Below are positions 9,913 through 19,557 of a stretch of 56,863 bases of DNA, piece after piece. Source of the stretch: a bacterium (GTDB lineage: Bacteria > Bacteroidota > Ignavibacteria > UBA10030); assembly GCA_043803945.1 (NCBI GenBank), contig JAZDJN010000025.1, positions 1-56,863 on the forward strand, written 5' to 3'. Made by a program: the position numbers and the translations under genes. Every line of letters begins with the position of its first letter. The first letter of the stretch is position 1. A model generated the notes under the pieces. That model worked only from the letters and a program-made list of their open reading frames with translations. It ran no database searches and had not been told where the DNA came from.

Positions 9913-11040
9913 ATGAAGACGATTTATCATATCATCATAAAGGAGTTCATCCAGTTCCGAAGGGACAAGCGCATGATGATGCTTTCGTTCGCGGCGCCCG
10001 TGCTGCAACTGATCATCCTTGGTTACGCAGCAACAACGGACGTGAAAGACATCCCAATGATAGTCTACAATCAGGACAAGTCAGCTACAAGCCGCGAGTA
10101 TATCAACCGGTTTGCAAACTCCGGGTACTTCGTCATTGAGCAGGAAGTGAACGCTCTTGCCGACATTGACCCGCTTATCGAGAACGGCAAAGTGTGGATG
10201 GCGCTGGTTATTCCTCCCGACTTCTCCAGCAACCTACTCGCCCGCAAACCCGCAACCGTGCAAATAATTGCCGACGGGAGTGATGCCAACTCTGCAGGCA
10301 TCAGCCTGAGCTACGCATCGCAAATCACGGCCAAGTATTCCCAGACAATTGTTGCGCAAGCATTCGAGCGGATGCCGCAAATGCTTCGACCCGCGATGGT
10401 GAATGCCGAGACGCGTGTATGGTACAACGCGGAATTGAAGAGCCGCAACTTTATGGTCCCCGGCGTGCTGGCGATGGTACTCATGATTATCACGATGACG
10501 CTGACGTCGCTCGGCGTTGTGAAGGAGAAGGAGATTGGAACGCTGGAGCAACTACTCGTTACGCCCATCAAGCCATACCAGCTCATCATTGGCAAGCTGC
10601 TTCCGTTTGCCGTCATTGGTGTGGTGGATATTGTTCTGGTCTTAGCTGTCACGCGATGGTGGTTCGCTGTGCCACTTCGAGGGAGCGTTCCGCTCCTGTT
10701 CGGCCTAAGCGGCCTCTTCCTGCTCACCACGCTGGGGCTGGGTCTCTTCATTTCTACAATTTCCAAGACGCAGCAACAGGCAATGATGACGGCGCAGTTC
10801 TTCTTCTTCATGCCGTTCATTTATCTGTCGGGTTTCACGTTCCCGATTGAAAACATGCCGCAGGTGATACAGTATCTAACGTTTGGTATTCCACTCCGTT
10901 ACTATATCGTTATCATACGCGGATTGTTCCTCAAAGGCGTTGGGATTGCAGAACTTTGGACGCAGGCATTGGCGTTGTGGTTATTTGGGACGCTCATACT
11001 CACACTTGCAGTATGGAAATTCAAAAGCAAGCTGGGCTAA
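9913..11040 (+). CDS. ABC-2 type permease (YbhR-like), intact
   Basis: KEFIQFRRD, EKEIGTLEQLLVTP, LSGFTFPIENMP. Confidence 0.92.
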   Translation: MKTIYHIIIKEFIQFRRDKRMMMLSFAAPVLQLIILGYAATTDVKDIPMIVYNQDKSATSREYINRFANSGYFVIEQEVNALADIDPLIENGKVWMALVIPPDFSSNLLARKPATVQIIADGSDANSAGISLSYASQITAKYSQTIVAQAFERMPQMLRPAMVNAETRVWYNAELKSRNFMVPGVLAMVLMIITMTLTSLGVVKEKEIGTLEQLLVTPIKPYQLIIGKLLPFAVIGVVDIVLVLAVTRWWFAVPLRGSVPLLFGLSGLFLLTTLGLGLFISTISKTQQQAMMTAQFFFFMPFIYLSGFTFPIENMPQVIQYLTFGIPLRYYIVIIRGLFLKGVGIAELWTQALALWLFGTLILTLAVWKFKSKLG

Positions 11041-11220
11041 CGGTAGAGCGGAAGAGTCCGGGCTCGAATGAAGAAACATACCAATGGAAGGGTGTTCTAT
11101 GAACAGTGTGCATGCGATGGTGGTGCGGTGTGGTGTGTGGATCCTGATCGCAATGGTAGCCTGGTGGGTGAGAAGACCCGTCGCGAAAATATCAGAATCT
11201 TTGGAGAGTGTTACACGGAA

Positions 11221-12660
11221 ATGAAGGAAATTATAAAAACATTCAGAACGATCTTCCGCACAACGTTGATGATCATGACAGTTACGCAGGTTATGAATAC
11301 TGCCACCGCCTTTTCACAATTCAAGAATGCGAAGCAGGCGGATTCAGCAGCAAGTCATCAAATAATCCGAGCACCAGGTACGGATTCACTCCTCCTCAAT
11401 CCATCCTCAAGGGGAAAGTATTGGATTGCTGCCGTAGAGGCTGTCGGATCAGATCTGGTCATGTGGTCATACTTCCGCTATATCCGCCAGGATACCTGGG
11501 CCAGGATCGATATTCACTCGATAAAGAACAACCTGAGGACCGGGTTCTGGTGGGACGAAGATGGATTCATGGGAAATCAATTTAACCATCCCTATCATGG
11601 ATCGTCTTACTATAATGCAGCAAGGGTAAACGGTTTGAGCTTCTGGGAGTCAGCCCACTATACGCTGGGGGGCAGTGCGATCTGGGATCTCTTTCTTGAA
11701 ACAGAGCAGCCATCGTACACGGACATCGTCAACACGCCTATCAGTGGTATTATATTCGGGGAAATATCGTTCCGGATAACAGACCTCATTCTCGATGATA
11801 GCAAACGTGGCGTGGATCGCATTCTACGGGAATCATCGGCATTCATCCTCAATCCCATGCGTGGATTCAATCGACTCATTCGCGGTGAAATGTGGCAAAG
11901 AGGACCTTCAACGCCAAGTCCTGACTACAAGATGTGGTTATCTATTGGTGGCAACAATGTTTTCCGGCACAGGACACTCACCAAAAATCATGGCTACGCC
12001 CTTCTCCGTTTTGATATGGATTACGGTGATCTCCTCGCCGCGTCGAGACATAATGACCCCTTTGACTATTTCAATGTCCACGCGGAATTGAGTGTCTCGA
12101 AGAATGACAGAATCATCGGTATCATGGCCAGTGGTGTGCTTTGGGACAAGGGGATGGCGCTCTTAGGTACGTCAAACGTTCTCGGTGTTTACAAAGAGTT
12201 TGATCTCTTGAATAATCTCGTCTATCACCTGACGGCGACGAGTGTTACCTCCAGCCTCACAAATGTTATCACCCTCTCGCCGGCGACCACGCTCCAAAAC
12301 ACCCTGAGTATATCCGGTGTCATTATGGGAGGAGTTAATTCGCAACACGCAGAAATGTACGGTAAGAAGTACAACGTCGGTCCAGGGGCAAGCGCAAAGG
12401 TCTCATCGCTCTTGAAGATCAGCGACTATGGTACCATATATCTGAACTATAAGAGATACTGGCTTCATACCCTGAACGGCGCGGACAGCGAGGAATTCAT
12501 CGGTTTACTCAACCTCGGTACGAATTACGAGATAACCAGCACAACGATCCTGGGATTTGATTTCTTACTCTATGAGCGTTATGGAGACTACAAGCACCTC
12601 CCCAATATCAAAGAGGCAAATTCGGCAGGTCGTCTCTATGTGAAGTTTGTATTGGGCTGA
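11221..12660 (+). CDS. DUF3943-like outer membrane protein (start uncertain; ORF open from 11068)
   Basis: WDEDGFMGNQFNHPYHGSSYYNAARVNG motif, E.PSYTD; beta-strand-rich C-terminus. Confidence 0.75.
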   Translation: MKEIIKTFRTIFRTTLMIMTVTQVMNTATAFSQFKNAKQADSAASHQIIRAPGTDSLLLNPSSRGKYWIAAVEAVGSDLVMWSYFRYIRQDTWARIDIHSIKNNLRTGFWWDEDGFMGNQFNHPYHGSSYYNAARVNGLSFWESAHYTLGGSAIWDLFLETEQPSYTDIVNTPISGIIFGEISFRITDLILDDSKRGVDRILRESSAFILNPMRGFNRLIRGEMWQRGPSTPSPDYKMWLSIGGNNVFRHRTLTKNHGYALLRFDMDYGDLLAASRHNDPFDYFNVHAELSVSKNDRIIGIMASGVLWDKGMALLGTSNVLGVYKEFDLLNNLVYHLTATSVTSSLTNVITLSPATTLQNTLSISGVIMGGVNSQHAEMYGKKYNVGPGASAKVSSLLKISDYGTIYLNYKRYWLHTLNGADSEEFIGLLNLGTNYEITSTTILGFDFLLYERYGDYKHLPNIKEANSAGRLYVKFVLG

Positions 12661-12808
12661 GAAGAGGGAGAAATGTCTACCACAGATGCGATTGATGGAA
12701 AGGGCTCGTGGATCTCTTCGGTTGACAGACATGTGTTGCCACTGAGAGTTCAAGATGGTACTTTTGTATGTATTCCAATCGATACTTTCACAAGAAAAAG
12801 GAGGAGCA

Positions 12809-13363
12809 ATGATTGATTCGAACACTGTACTCTGGGGGCAGACAATCGCATATACGTTGTATGTCTTCGTTATCATTCTGCTGATGGGATGGTTCGCGCA
12901 CAAGATAACCAGAGAAGGAACGGGGAGAGAAATCAAGCCCGCCTTGTTCTATTCGTTTATCGGGCTCCTTGTGGTCATCGGTATATCACTTCACATCATC
13001 ACATACAATACCATTCCGTGGTCGTCGATGGATCTGAACCGTGCGGAAATTAAACCTGACAAGGTTTTCAACATCACTGTAGCAAAGCACAAGTTTCAAT
13101 TGCCATCAGAAAGACTTTCTATCAATCTCCACGAAAAGGTCTTGTTTAATGTAACCTCGAATGACCTGACGTATGGCTTCGGGCTATTTCGGAGCGATAA
13201 TTCAATGGTTTTCCAGATGCAGGTGGTTCCCGGCCATGTCAACGACATCCTTTGGCAATTTGACAAGCCTGGTATCTACTCCATCCGTTCGACTGAATAT
13301 TCGGGTCCTGCTGGATTGAACATGATCGAAAAGAATGTGGTTGAAGTAGCTGACAGCAAGTAG
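12809..13363 (+). CDS. Heme-copper oxidase subunit II-like cupredoxin lacking CuA ligands
   Basis: Two TM helices, VTSNDLTYGF, MQVVPGHVN, PGIYSIRSTEYSGPAGLNM where CxExCGxxHxxM is expected; AAGGAGGAG RBS. Confidence 0.85.
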   Translation: MIDSNTVLWGQTIAYTLYVFVIILLMGWFAHKITREGTGREIKPALFYSFIGLLVVIGISLHIITYNTIPWSSMDLNRAEIKPDKVFNITVAKHKFQLPSERLSINLHEKVLFNVTSNDLTYGFGLFRSDNSMVFQMQVVPGHVNDILWQFDKPGIYSIRSTEYSGPAGLNMIEKNVVEVADSK

Positions 13364-13408
13364 ATCACGAACCAAAACATCATCAGACAAATACGAGAGA
13401 CATTCAAT

Positions 13409-15031
13409 ATGAACTTCATGCAAACACTCAAAAACGGAGAACAAGGCTTATTCCGATCCGATGCCTTGACGCCGATGCAGAAACTCACATTGCGATTTGT
13501 CGTCATTGGATTGGTGTACTACGGTCTTGTCGTGATCGAAGGAATGATCATGAGAGTTCATCTCGTTACCCCGGTCCCGACTGTGGGAACGAGCCAGTAT
13601 TTCGCCATCATGACTGCACATCCGCTCGTCGGCATCTTCGGTTCCACATATTCTATAGTGTTCGGTGCTTTTTTGTTCCTCGTTCCATTTCTCATGAAGA
13701 AACCGCTGTGGAGTATCAGACTCGCACAATGGACCTGGATCTTTATTGCACTTGGGACGTTCGTTTTTTGGGGGGCAGGCTTTTTGTCGCATTATGCACC
13801 TCTTTACACATTGTATTGGCCACTGCCAGCCGATTTCACGCAATTCAGCGCTTTGGGCGGGGCAGTATTTATCCTCGGGATTGCTCTTGTGATGGTTGGG
13901 ACTTTCTCCTTTGTGATCAATGTATTCAAGACGATTACGTATACGCCCGCGGGCTGGCAAAAGCAACCGGGCGGGGCGATGCTTAGTTCAGCACTAGGCA
14001 TCAGCGGCTTGAGGAATCTCTTTTCAAAGAACAAGAAAGAACATCTCGTCTCACTTCCGGTCGCTGCCGTGGCCCGAGGGACAGTGGATACCGCCCTGAA
14101 CGCCGCAGTCATACTCTTCACTGGTGTGCTCATTCTTGTTTTTATGGTTGCCTCCCTGATTGGATACGACTTGCGAAATTCGGCAATTGACGCGTTATTA
14201 TATAAGAATTGGTTCTGGTGGGGGCTTGATCTGATTGCCGATGGTATGGTTTTAATCTTTGTTGCAGGATCGTGGTACTTGCTGGCGATACTTATTACCG
14301 GTAAGAAACTCTACATGGAAAATGTGGCCCGGGCTGCCCTGGCAGTAGAACTCTTGGTCTCATGGACAGTTTGGTCTCATCACCTGTTGTCTGATCAGGC
14401 GCAGCCAGGCTTTTTGAAAATATTATCGGGTGAGATGGTTACAGCGTTCGAGTTAATCACTCAAGGACTGGCGTTCTTCATAACGCTTGTGACGCTCTGG
14501 GATGCACGACCTCTGAAAATGACCAATCCACTGAAGTTTCTTCTTGGTGGACTTCTCGGCTTTGCGTTAGCAGTCCCTGCCGGAATTATGCAGGCCGACG
14601 TTGGTCTGAACAGGATCCTCCATAATACGCAATGGGTTGTAGGGCCGCACGTTCATGTGGCGGTTCTCGTCGGGCTTGGAATGACGCTTTACTCGGTGAT
14701 CTATTTTCTGTTTCCAATACTGACGAACGGTGCGAAACTCTATAGCCAAAAACTTGCTGAGTTTCATTTCTGGGCGCATCTACTGGGTGGGATTGGTATG
14801 GGTGCATTTATGGGGATGGCAGGATTGAATGGGATGTTGAGGAGGACATTGTACATGAACGGGGAATTCAACATCTATATGATTCTTGCAGTATGCTCTG
14901 GCTCGCTGCTGTTGTTAGCTTTCTTGGCATTTTTCTTCAACATCGTGATGAGTATTGGATTGAATGGAGTCGTAGGGATATTTATGCCTTCAAAGCTGAA
15001 AACTTCTGATTTGGTACCGTCAGAGAATTAG
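13409..15031 (+). CDS. Heme-copper oxidase subunit I, gNOR-like putative nitric oxide reductase
   Basis: TAHP, WSHH and PHVH ligands, PLYTLY, GMLRR; helix VI WFWWGLDLIADG has Asp for His and no cross-link Tyr. Confidence 0.8.
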   Translation: MNFMQTLKNGEQGLFRSDALTPMQKLTLRFVVIGLVYYGLVVIEGMIMRVHLVTPVPTVGTSQYFAIMTAHPLVGIFGSTYSIVFGAFLFLVPFLMKKPLWSIRLAQWTWIFIALGTFVFWGAGFLSHYAPLYTLYWPLPADFTQFSALGGAVFILGIALVMVGTFSFVINVFKTITYTPAGWQKQPGGAMLSSALGISGLRNLFSKNKKEHLVSLPVAAVARGTVDTALNAAVILFTGVLILVFMVASLIGYDLRNSAIDALLYKNWFWWGLDLIADGMVLIFVAGSWYLLAILITGKKLYMENVARAALAVELLVSWTVWSHHLLSDQAQPGFLKILSGEMVTAFELITQGLAFFITLVTLWDARPLKMTNPLKFLLGGLLGFALAVPAGIMQADVGLNRILHNTQWVVGPHVHVAVLVGLGMTLYSVIYFLFPILTNGAKLYSQKLAEFHFWAHLLGGIGMGAFMGMAGLNGMLRRTLYMNGEFNIYMILAVCSGSLLLLAFLAFFFNIVMSIGLNGVVGIFMPSKLKTSDLVPSEN

Positions 15032-15617
15032 CAATTGGGTACAAGGAATATCCACAGTGGTGTTCCTCTTTAAATAGTCCACCCGGACCAGAATATCGTC
15101 TGATTCGGGGTGTTGTGCTAAGAAATGCTAAAGCTCCCGATGTTCATCGCCGGTCAGAATTTCCAGTGCTCGTTTCGTGAATATTGGGATTTCGATAATG
15201 AGCATAATGCACTATGCGCCATGGGCGTATAATTGGTTCAAGCCAGTATGCCGTTTCGGCCGGATTCACTGTATGGTTTTAGACTTGTGTCTATCCCGTA
15301 TAATAAAACTTGGCTGAGTGTGTCATTGCTCCAGTAATGAAGGATCCGTTCCGCCAAGAGTATTTGAAGGGATGATTATGACAGCAGGTATTCGTTTTTA
15401 GCTCTATTAGCTACGAGGCCATAATCCGAGCATCAGAAGCTTTATGGGAAGTAACATAATCATCAAAATACTGTACTTTCAATGTTCAGTTCTTGATAAC
15501 TGATTTTTTTAACGACCCATATCAATGAATATTGTTTTTGTAAGAAGAGTGTCAACGAGAGAGATCTACTACCTGGTAAAACACTCTGTTTTCCTCACTC
15601 AATGCTCTGCTGATCCG

Positions 15618-15829
15618 GTTGGGGGTACTTGAAATTTAGAATGACGAATGTCGAATGCGGGATTGAAAAAGCTTGCTGGAAACGGATAAGCTTTTTGGTT
15701 TATGTAAGAATACCACCCCACTGATTTCACAGGATCCACGGAATCGAGCTGTATAAAATTCACCTACCGTGGTAGACAATTTGGTGTGCACTTCTTAGAA
15801 CCTCTCTTACAGCAACATATTCAATCACT
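15618..15829 (+). repeat. L-type unit L2
   Basis: GTTGGGGGTACT tRNA 3' tip, GAATGAC-GAATGTC-GAATGCG, terminator 15666-15696, 110-bp repeat of 311-420. Confidence 0.88.
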
Positions 15830-16151
15830 CAATAATTCAAGTGCAGAATAGGTGGGGTATTACCCGAGTACGGCTACTGAACGCCGATATCGTTACATTT
15901 CAGTTCTTCGACTGTAGAAGAGAAATTGAATATGATGGTAAAACATACCTAGCAGATACAAATGATTGGTCGTTTTTGACAGAAGAATCGACAGAGGATG
16001 ATAAAAACTTGCAGGATGCGAAGGAATGACAAAGAATTACACCGCTCTAAAATATGAATTTTGACACTGGTATTAAACCTCAGTACATTAAATGTTAGTG
16101 ATTGAGTAAAATAATTATTCCTACCCCTGTATACCGTCAGTTGAGATAGTA

Positions 16152-16982
16152 ATGAAAACAAATCCTTCTGTTAAGTTTCTCTCTATTCTAATTCTCTTAG
16201 CGTTGTACAGTGACTATTGTAAGACACAGACCATTGACCATGGAACAACTATCGTGGTTGTTAGAACAAAGGATAGGATTATTATCGGTGCTGATAGTAA
16301 AGGGATCAGTGTTCCAATGGATAGAAAAGAATACTTCAATGATTTCAGTAAGGCACCATCATATGAGAAGGAAAAGCTAAAGAAATTCGGTAATGTCGTT
16401 GTAGGTGCGGCAGGTTTTTACGCTTACCCGAATACAAGATCCTATCCTAAATCGGATTATGACGTTTATATAACAATTGAGACGATAGGTTCGGCGAGTG
16501 ATGACATTCTAAAATTAAAAGAAATGTTCAAAGTCACAATCAAACAAGCGATTGAAAATGGTTGGGAATTTATCAGATCTGACTACCCTCGATCTGATTT
16601 ATCTGGTTTCTCCTTAGATCTTATTCTCTGTGGATTTAAGAAAGGTACACCTTTCATGTTTTCTTACACTTTTAGACCTGGAACCGACAAACATCCAGTT
16701 TCCGACCCAACTCTTTCAAATGTATTTTACCCAAGTGCAGTAATTGATAGTTTACACTTCCCAATAGCGAAAGCACCTTTCGATACGGTATATCGTCAAG
16801 TGTTCAATGATAGAATTCCCAAAGTGGCTTTTTCATCAATTGACAAATTGGCATTCAGTGATCCAATTGACTATGTTCGTAAGGCAATCTTAAAAGCAAT
16901 TGAATTAGATTCTGTCAGTGGTGGCCCGATTAAGATTCTTTCTATCACTCGCAATGGTATTAAAGCGATTCCTGAAAGATGA
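16152..16982 (+). CDS. Secreted proteasome-beta/Ntn-hydrolase-like protein
   Basis: Signal peptide, then HGTTIVVVRTKDRIIIGADSK..K..VVVGAAG and C-terminal AIELDSVSGGPIKILSIT. Confidence 0.7.
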   Translation: MKTNPSVKFLSILILLALYSDYCKTQTIDHGTTIVVVRTKDRIIIGADSKGISVPMDRKEYFNDFSKAPSYEKEKLKKFGNVVVGAAGFYAYPNTRSYPKSDYDVYITIETIGSASDDILKLKEMFKVTIKQAIENGWEFIRSDYPRSDLSGFSLDLILCGFKKGTPFMFSYTFRPGTDKHPVSDPTLSNVFYPSAVIDSLHFPIAKAPFDTVYRQVFNDRIPKVAFSSIDKLAFSDPIDYVRKAILKAIELDSVSGGPIKILSITRNGIKAIPER

Positions 16983-17019
16983 TTGAGTTTTTAATTCATT
17001 AATCGCAAAAGATTCAACC

Positions 17020-17037
17020 TTTGACAATCCTGTCAAA
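17020..17037. promoter_or_regulatory. Palindromic operator-like head of an R unit (rest missing)
   Basis: TTTGACA-ATCC-TGTCAAA; variants at ~21727, 26418, 29296, 31890. Confidence 0.6.
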
Positions 17038-17210
17038 AGTTAATCATCTCGGACATTCTCTGTGTAAAGCTCTCCAGGGCAAGGCGCAGTCGGTTTTCCA
17101 ACATCGATAACCTGATCTCAATGAGTAGAACCCCACACTATTATAGAGACGGTTGAAGAAAAGCGCGAAAGTGGTATACAAATCGGTATACATTTGAACT
17201 GTGATTCATT

Positions 17211-17897
17211 CTACTCTACAGCAAACCTATAACCGATTCCTGATTCCGTGAGAAACACTGTTGGCCGTGTCGGATCATCTTCCAGCTTTTTTCGAAGTTG
17301 AGCGATAAACACCCTTGAGTACTGAGTCTCTTCTGCATAGCTTGGGCCCCACACCTGCTCTAAAATATAATGATGGGTCAATACTCTTCCTGTGTTTCTA
17401 ACAAACAACGCCAGTAAATCATATTCGGTTACTGTAAGTTTTACTCTCCGCCCACGCTTTTTCACGCTACGTGCTTCAAAATCGACTGTCAAGAATCCAA
17501 TCTCCACCACATTCGTTTGGTGAACAGAAGGACGATGTCGCAAGGCCATACGGACACGAGCCAATAACTCTTTCGACCTAAATGGCTTCACCAGATAATC
17601 ATCCGCACCAGCATCAAGACATTCCACAATTATTGATTCAGCATCTCTAACTGAAAGAATAATTACTGGAAATGTTGCCCATTCGCGAAGCTTCTTGAGA
17701 ACGGAAATTCCGTCCTTGTCCGGAAGTCCGAGATCCAGAATAATCAAGTGGGGCCGGTCTAATGCCGCGCGATGTAATCCTTCCACACCTGATGCAGCAA
17801 CAATGGTTTTATATCCGCTAGTTTCGAGCGTGAGTTCTAACAATCGCCGGATCTGAATCTCGTCATCGATGATCAGGATTATTGGTTTATTAGCCAT
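17211..17897 (-). CDS. kdpE: KdpE response regulator
   Basis: DDEIQIRRLL, LDLGLPDKDG, GADDYLVKPF, VWGP, LRKKLEDDPTRP, TESGIGYR. Confidence 0.9.
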   Translation of the reverse strand: MANKPIILIIDDEIQIRRLLELTLETSGYKTIVAASGVEGLHRAALDRPHLIILDLGLPDKDGISVLKKLREWATFPVIILSVRDAESIIVECLDAGADDYLVKPFRSKELLARVRMALRHRPSVHQTNVVEIGFLTVDFEARSVKKRGRRVKLTVTEYDLLALFVRNTGRVLTHHYILEQVWGPSYAEETQYSRVFIAQLRKKLEDDPTRPTVFLTESGIGYRFAVE

Positions 17898-19482
17898 GTG
17901 TCAGATCTACCTTGGTGTTGTAGCTTTCGATTGGCAATTGAATAAGAAACCGTGCACCACCTGTTGAGATATTTTCAACGGTAATGGTTCCATGGTGTGC
18001 TTCAACAAGCCCTCGTGCAATCGAGAGCCCAAGACCAAAACCCCCGGATTTCGAATTAGAAACGCAATAGAATTTATCGAACACCCTGCTTAATGAGTCT
18101 TTTGAAAATCCTGGCCCCTGATCCGTCACTTCAAGAATACCTTTCTTTCCCTCACAATATGCCTTCACAATAATGGTTGACTTTTCTGGTGTGTAGAGTG
18201 AGGCATTACGTAGGAGATTCACCAATACTTGTTCGATGAGACTGAAATCCAATCTCATTAATGGAAAGGAGGGGGAGACATCAATAGTCACGATATGGTT
18301 AGAAAGTTCTTTGTCGAGAGCTTTCAAGGAAGCGTTGATAACATCATGGATGTCAGTCCAATCAAGGACAGGTTTGAGCAGGCCCGATTCGAGTCGCGTC
18401 ATTGCTAAAAGATTTTGAACAATATTATTTAATCGCACGACTGCAATTTGAATTTCTGCGGCAAGCTCTTCCCGAACATGTGGCCGACGCAGCACGTAAT
18501 CATTCTGGAGACTTTCAGAAGCACCGAGTAATGCCGTGAGCGGAGTTCGGATTTCATGGGAAATGCAATTAAACAGGGTTTTATACAACCGTTCTGATTC
18601 AGCCAATGCGATGGAGCGTTTGGAGATTTCGTTAAGAAATTCCCTATCCAATGCTGATGCTATCTGTTTGATAAAGTTTTCTAGAAGGGCCACTTTCTCC
18701 GATGAGAAACCTTCCTGAGGAGGTTTCACCCCTACAACACCCAGGATATAACGGGGGCCAGACAATGGATAATAGGTTGCTTCAGCGTCGGGAAAACGAC
18801 TGGTTCCTTTGCCGGCCGGCTGTTCATTCCAGTGAACCCAGGCAGGTACTTCCAGTTCACTCTCCGAGGGAGTGTAAGTACTAACCGGGAGTGGCTTCAC
18901 AACGAAATCACCATCAAGGTCTGAAAGAAAGATAGTGAATTCTATAAGGAAGAATTTTTGAATATTCTCTGCGGCTGCACGCGCCACATCTTGTTGATTT
19001 TTTGCCGATGAGAGATCTTTGGTTAAGGCATAGAGCGCTGCCGTTCGTTCCTCCCGCATACGAACAGTTTTCTCCCGCGCTCGGACACGAGCGGTAAGTG
19101 TGCCTGTCACCGCTGCAATGGCAAAATAGGTGATCACCATAAGAATGTCTTCGGGCTTGGAGATAAAAAAAGTAAGGCGCGGTGGGATAAAGAGAAAATT
19201 CCACATTAACGCACTGAAGGCTGCTGCCAGAATGACCGGTCCAACAGTAAACCGAAGGGAAAGTAATGCAACCATCAACAAGAAGATGAGAGAGATTGAT
19301 TGGTATCCAAGCATGTTCGAGAAAGGATAACAGACAGCAGATACTCCCAGAACAATAGCAATGGTTGCAAGAAAATCGAACAGCGAGGAGGAATGCAGAA
19401 TATGTAAATCAGCCTCAGAGTCTCGCGGAAAAAGCATCCTCCTGAGATTATACAATCGGCGATCATTCATGAACGTTCTCAC
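17890..19482 (-). CDS. kdpD: Short KdpD-like histidine kinase (DUF4118 TM, GAF, HisKA, HATPase)
   Basis: WNFLFIPPRLTF, SHEIRTPL, DQGPG, GLGLSI; lacks N-terminal KdpD and Usp domains. Confidence 0.82.
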   Translation of the reverse strand: MRTFMNDRRLYNLRRMLFPRDSEADLHILHSSSLFDFLATIAIVLGVSAVCYPFSNMLGYQSISLIFLLMVALLSLRFTVGPVILAAAFSALMWNFLFIPPRLTFFISKPEDILMVITYFAIAAVTGTLTARVRAREKTVRMREERTAALYALTKDLSSAKNQQDVARAAAENIQKFFLIEFTIFLSDLDGDFVVKPLPVSTYTPSESELEVPAWVHWNEQPAGKGTSRFPDAEATYYPLSGPRYILGVVGVKPPQEGFSSEKVALLENFIKQIASALDREFLNEISKRSIALAESERLYKTLFNCISHEIRTPLTALLGASESLQNDYVLRRPHVREELAAEIQIAVVRLNNIVQNLLAMTRLESGLLKPVLDWTDIHDVINASLKALDKELSNHIVTIDVSPSFPLMRLDFSLIEQVLVNLLRNASLYTPEKSTIIVKAYCEGKKGILEVTDQGPGFSKDSLSRVFDKFYCVSNSKSGGFGLGLSIARGLVEAHHGTITVENISTGGARFLIQLPIESYNTKVDLTHG

Positions 19483-19557
19483 TTCTAATATAGAAACTTT
19501 TTAAGAGACTCACATCGTTGTTTATCGGCTAAGGATGTTAGAAGGGCGGATTGGCCT

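Noticed and set aside
15841-16029. 62-aa ORF after L2
   Set aside because: No RBS or recognisable family; may be a gene fragment but cannot be supported
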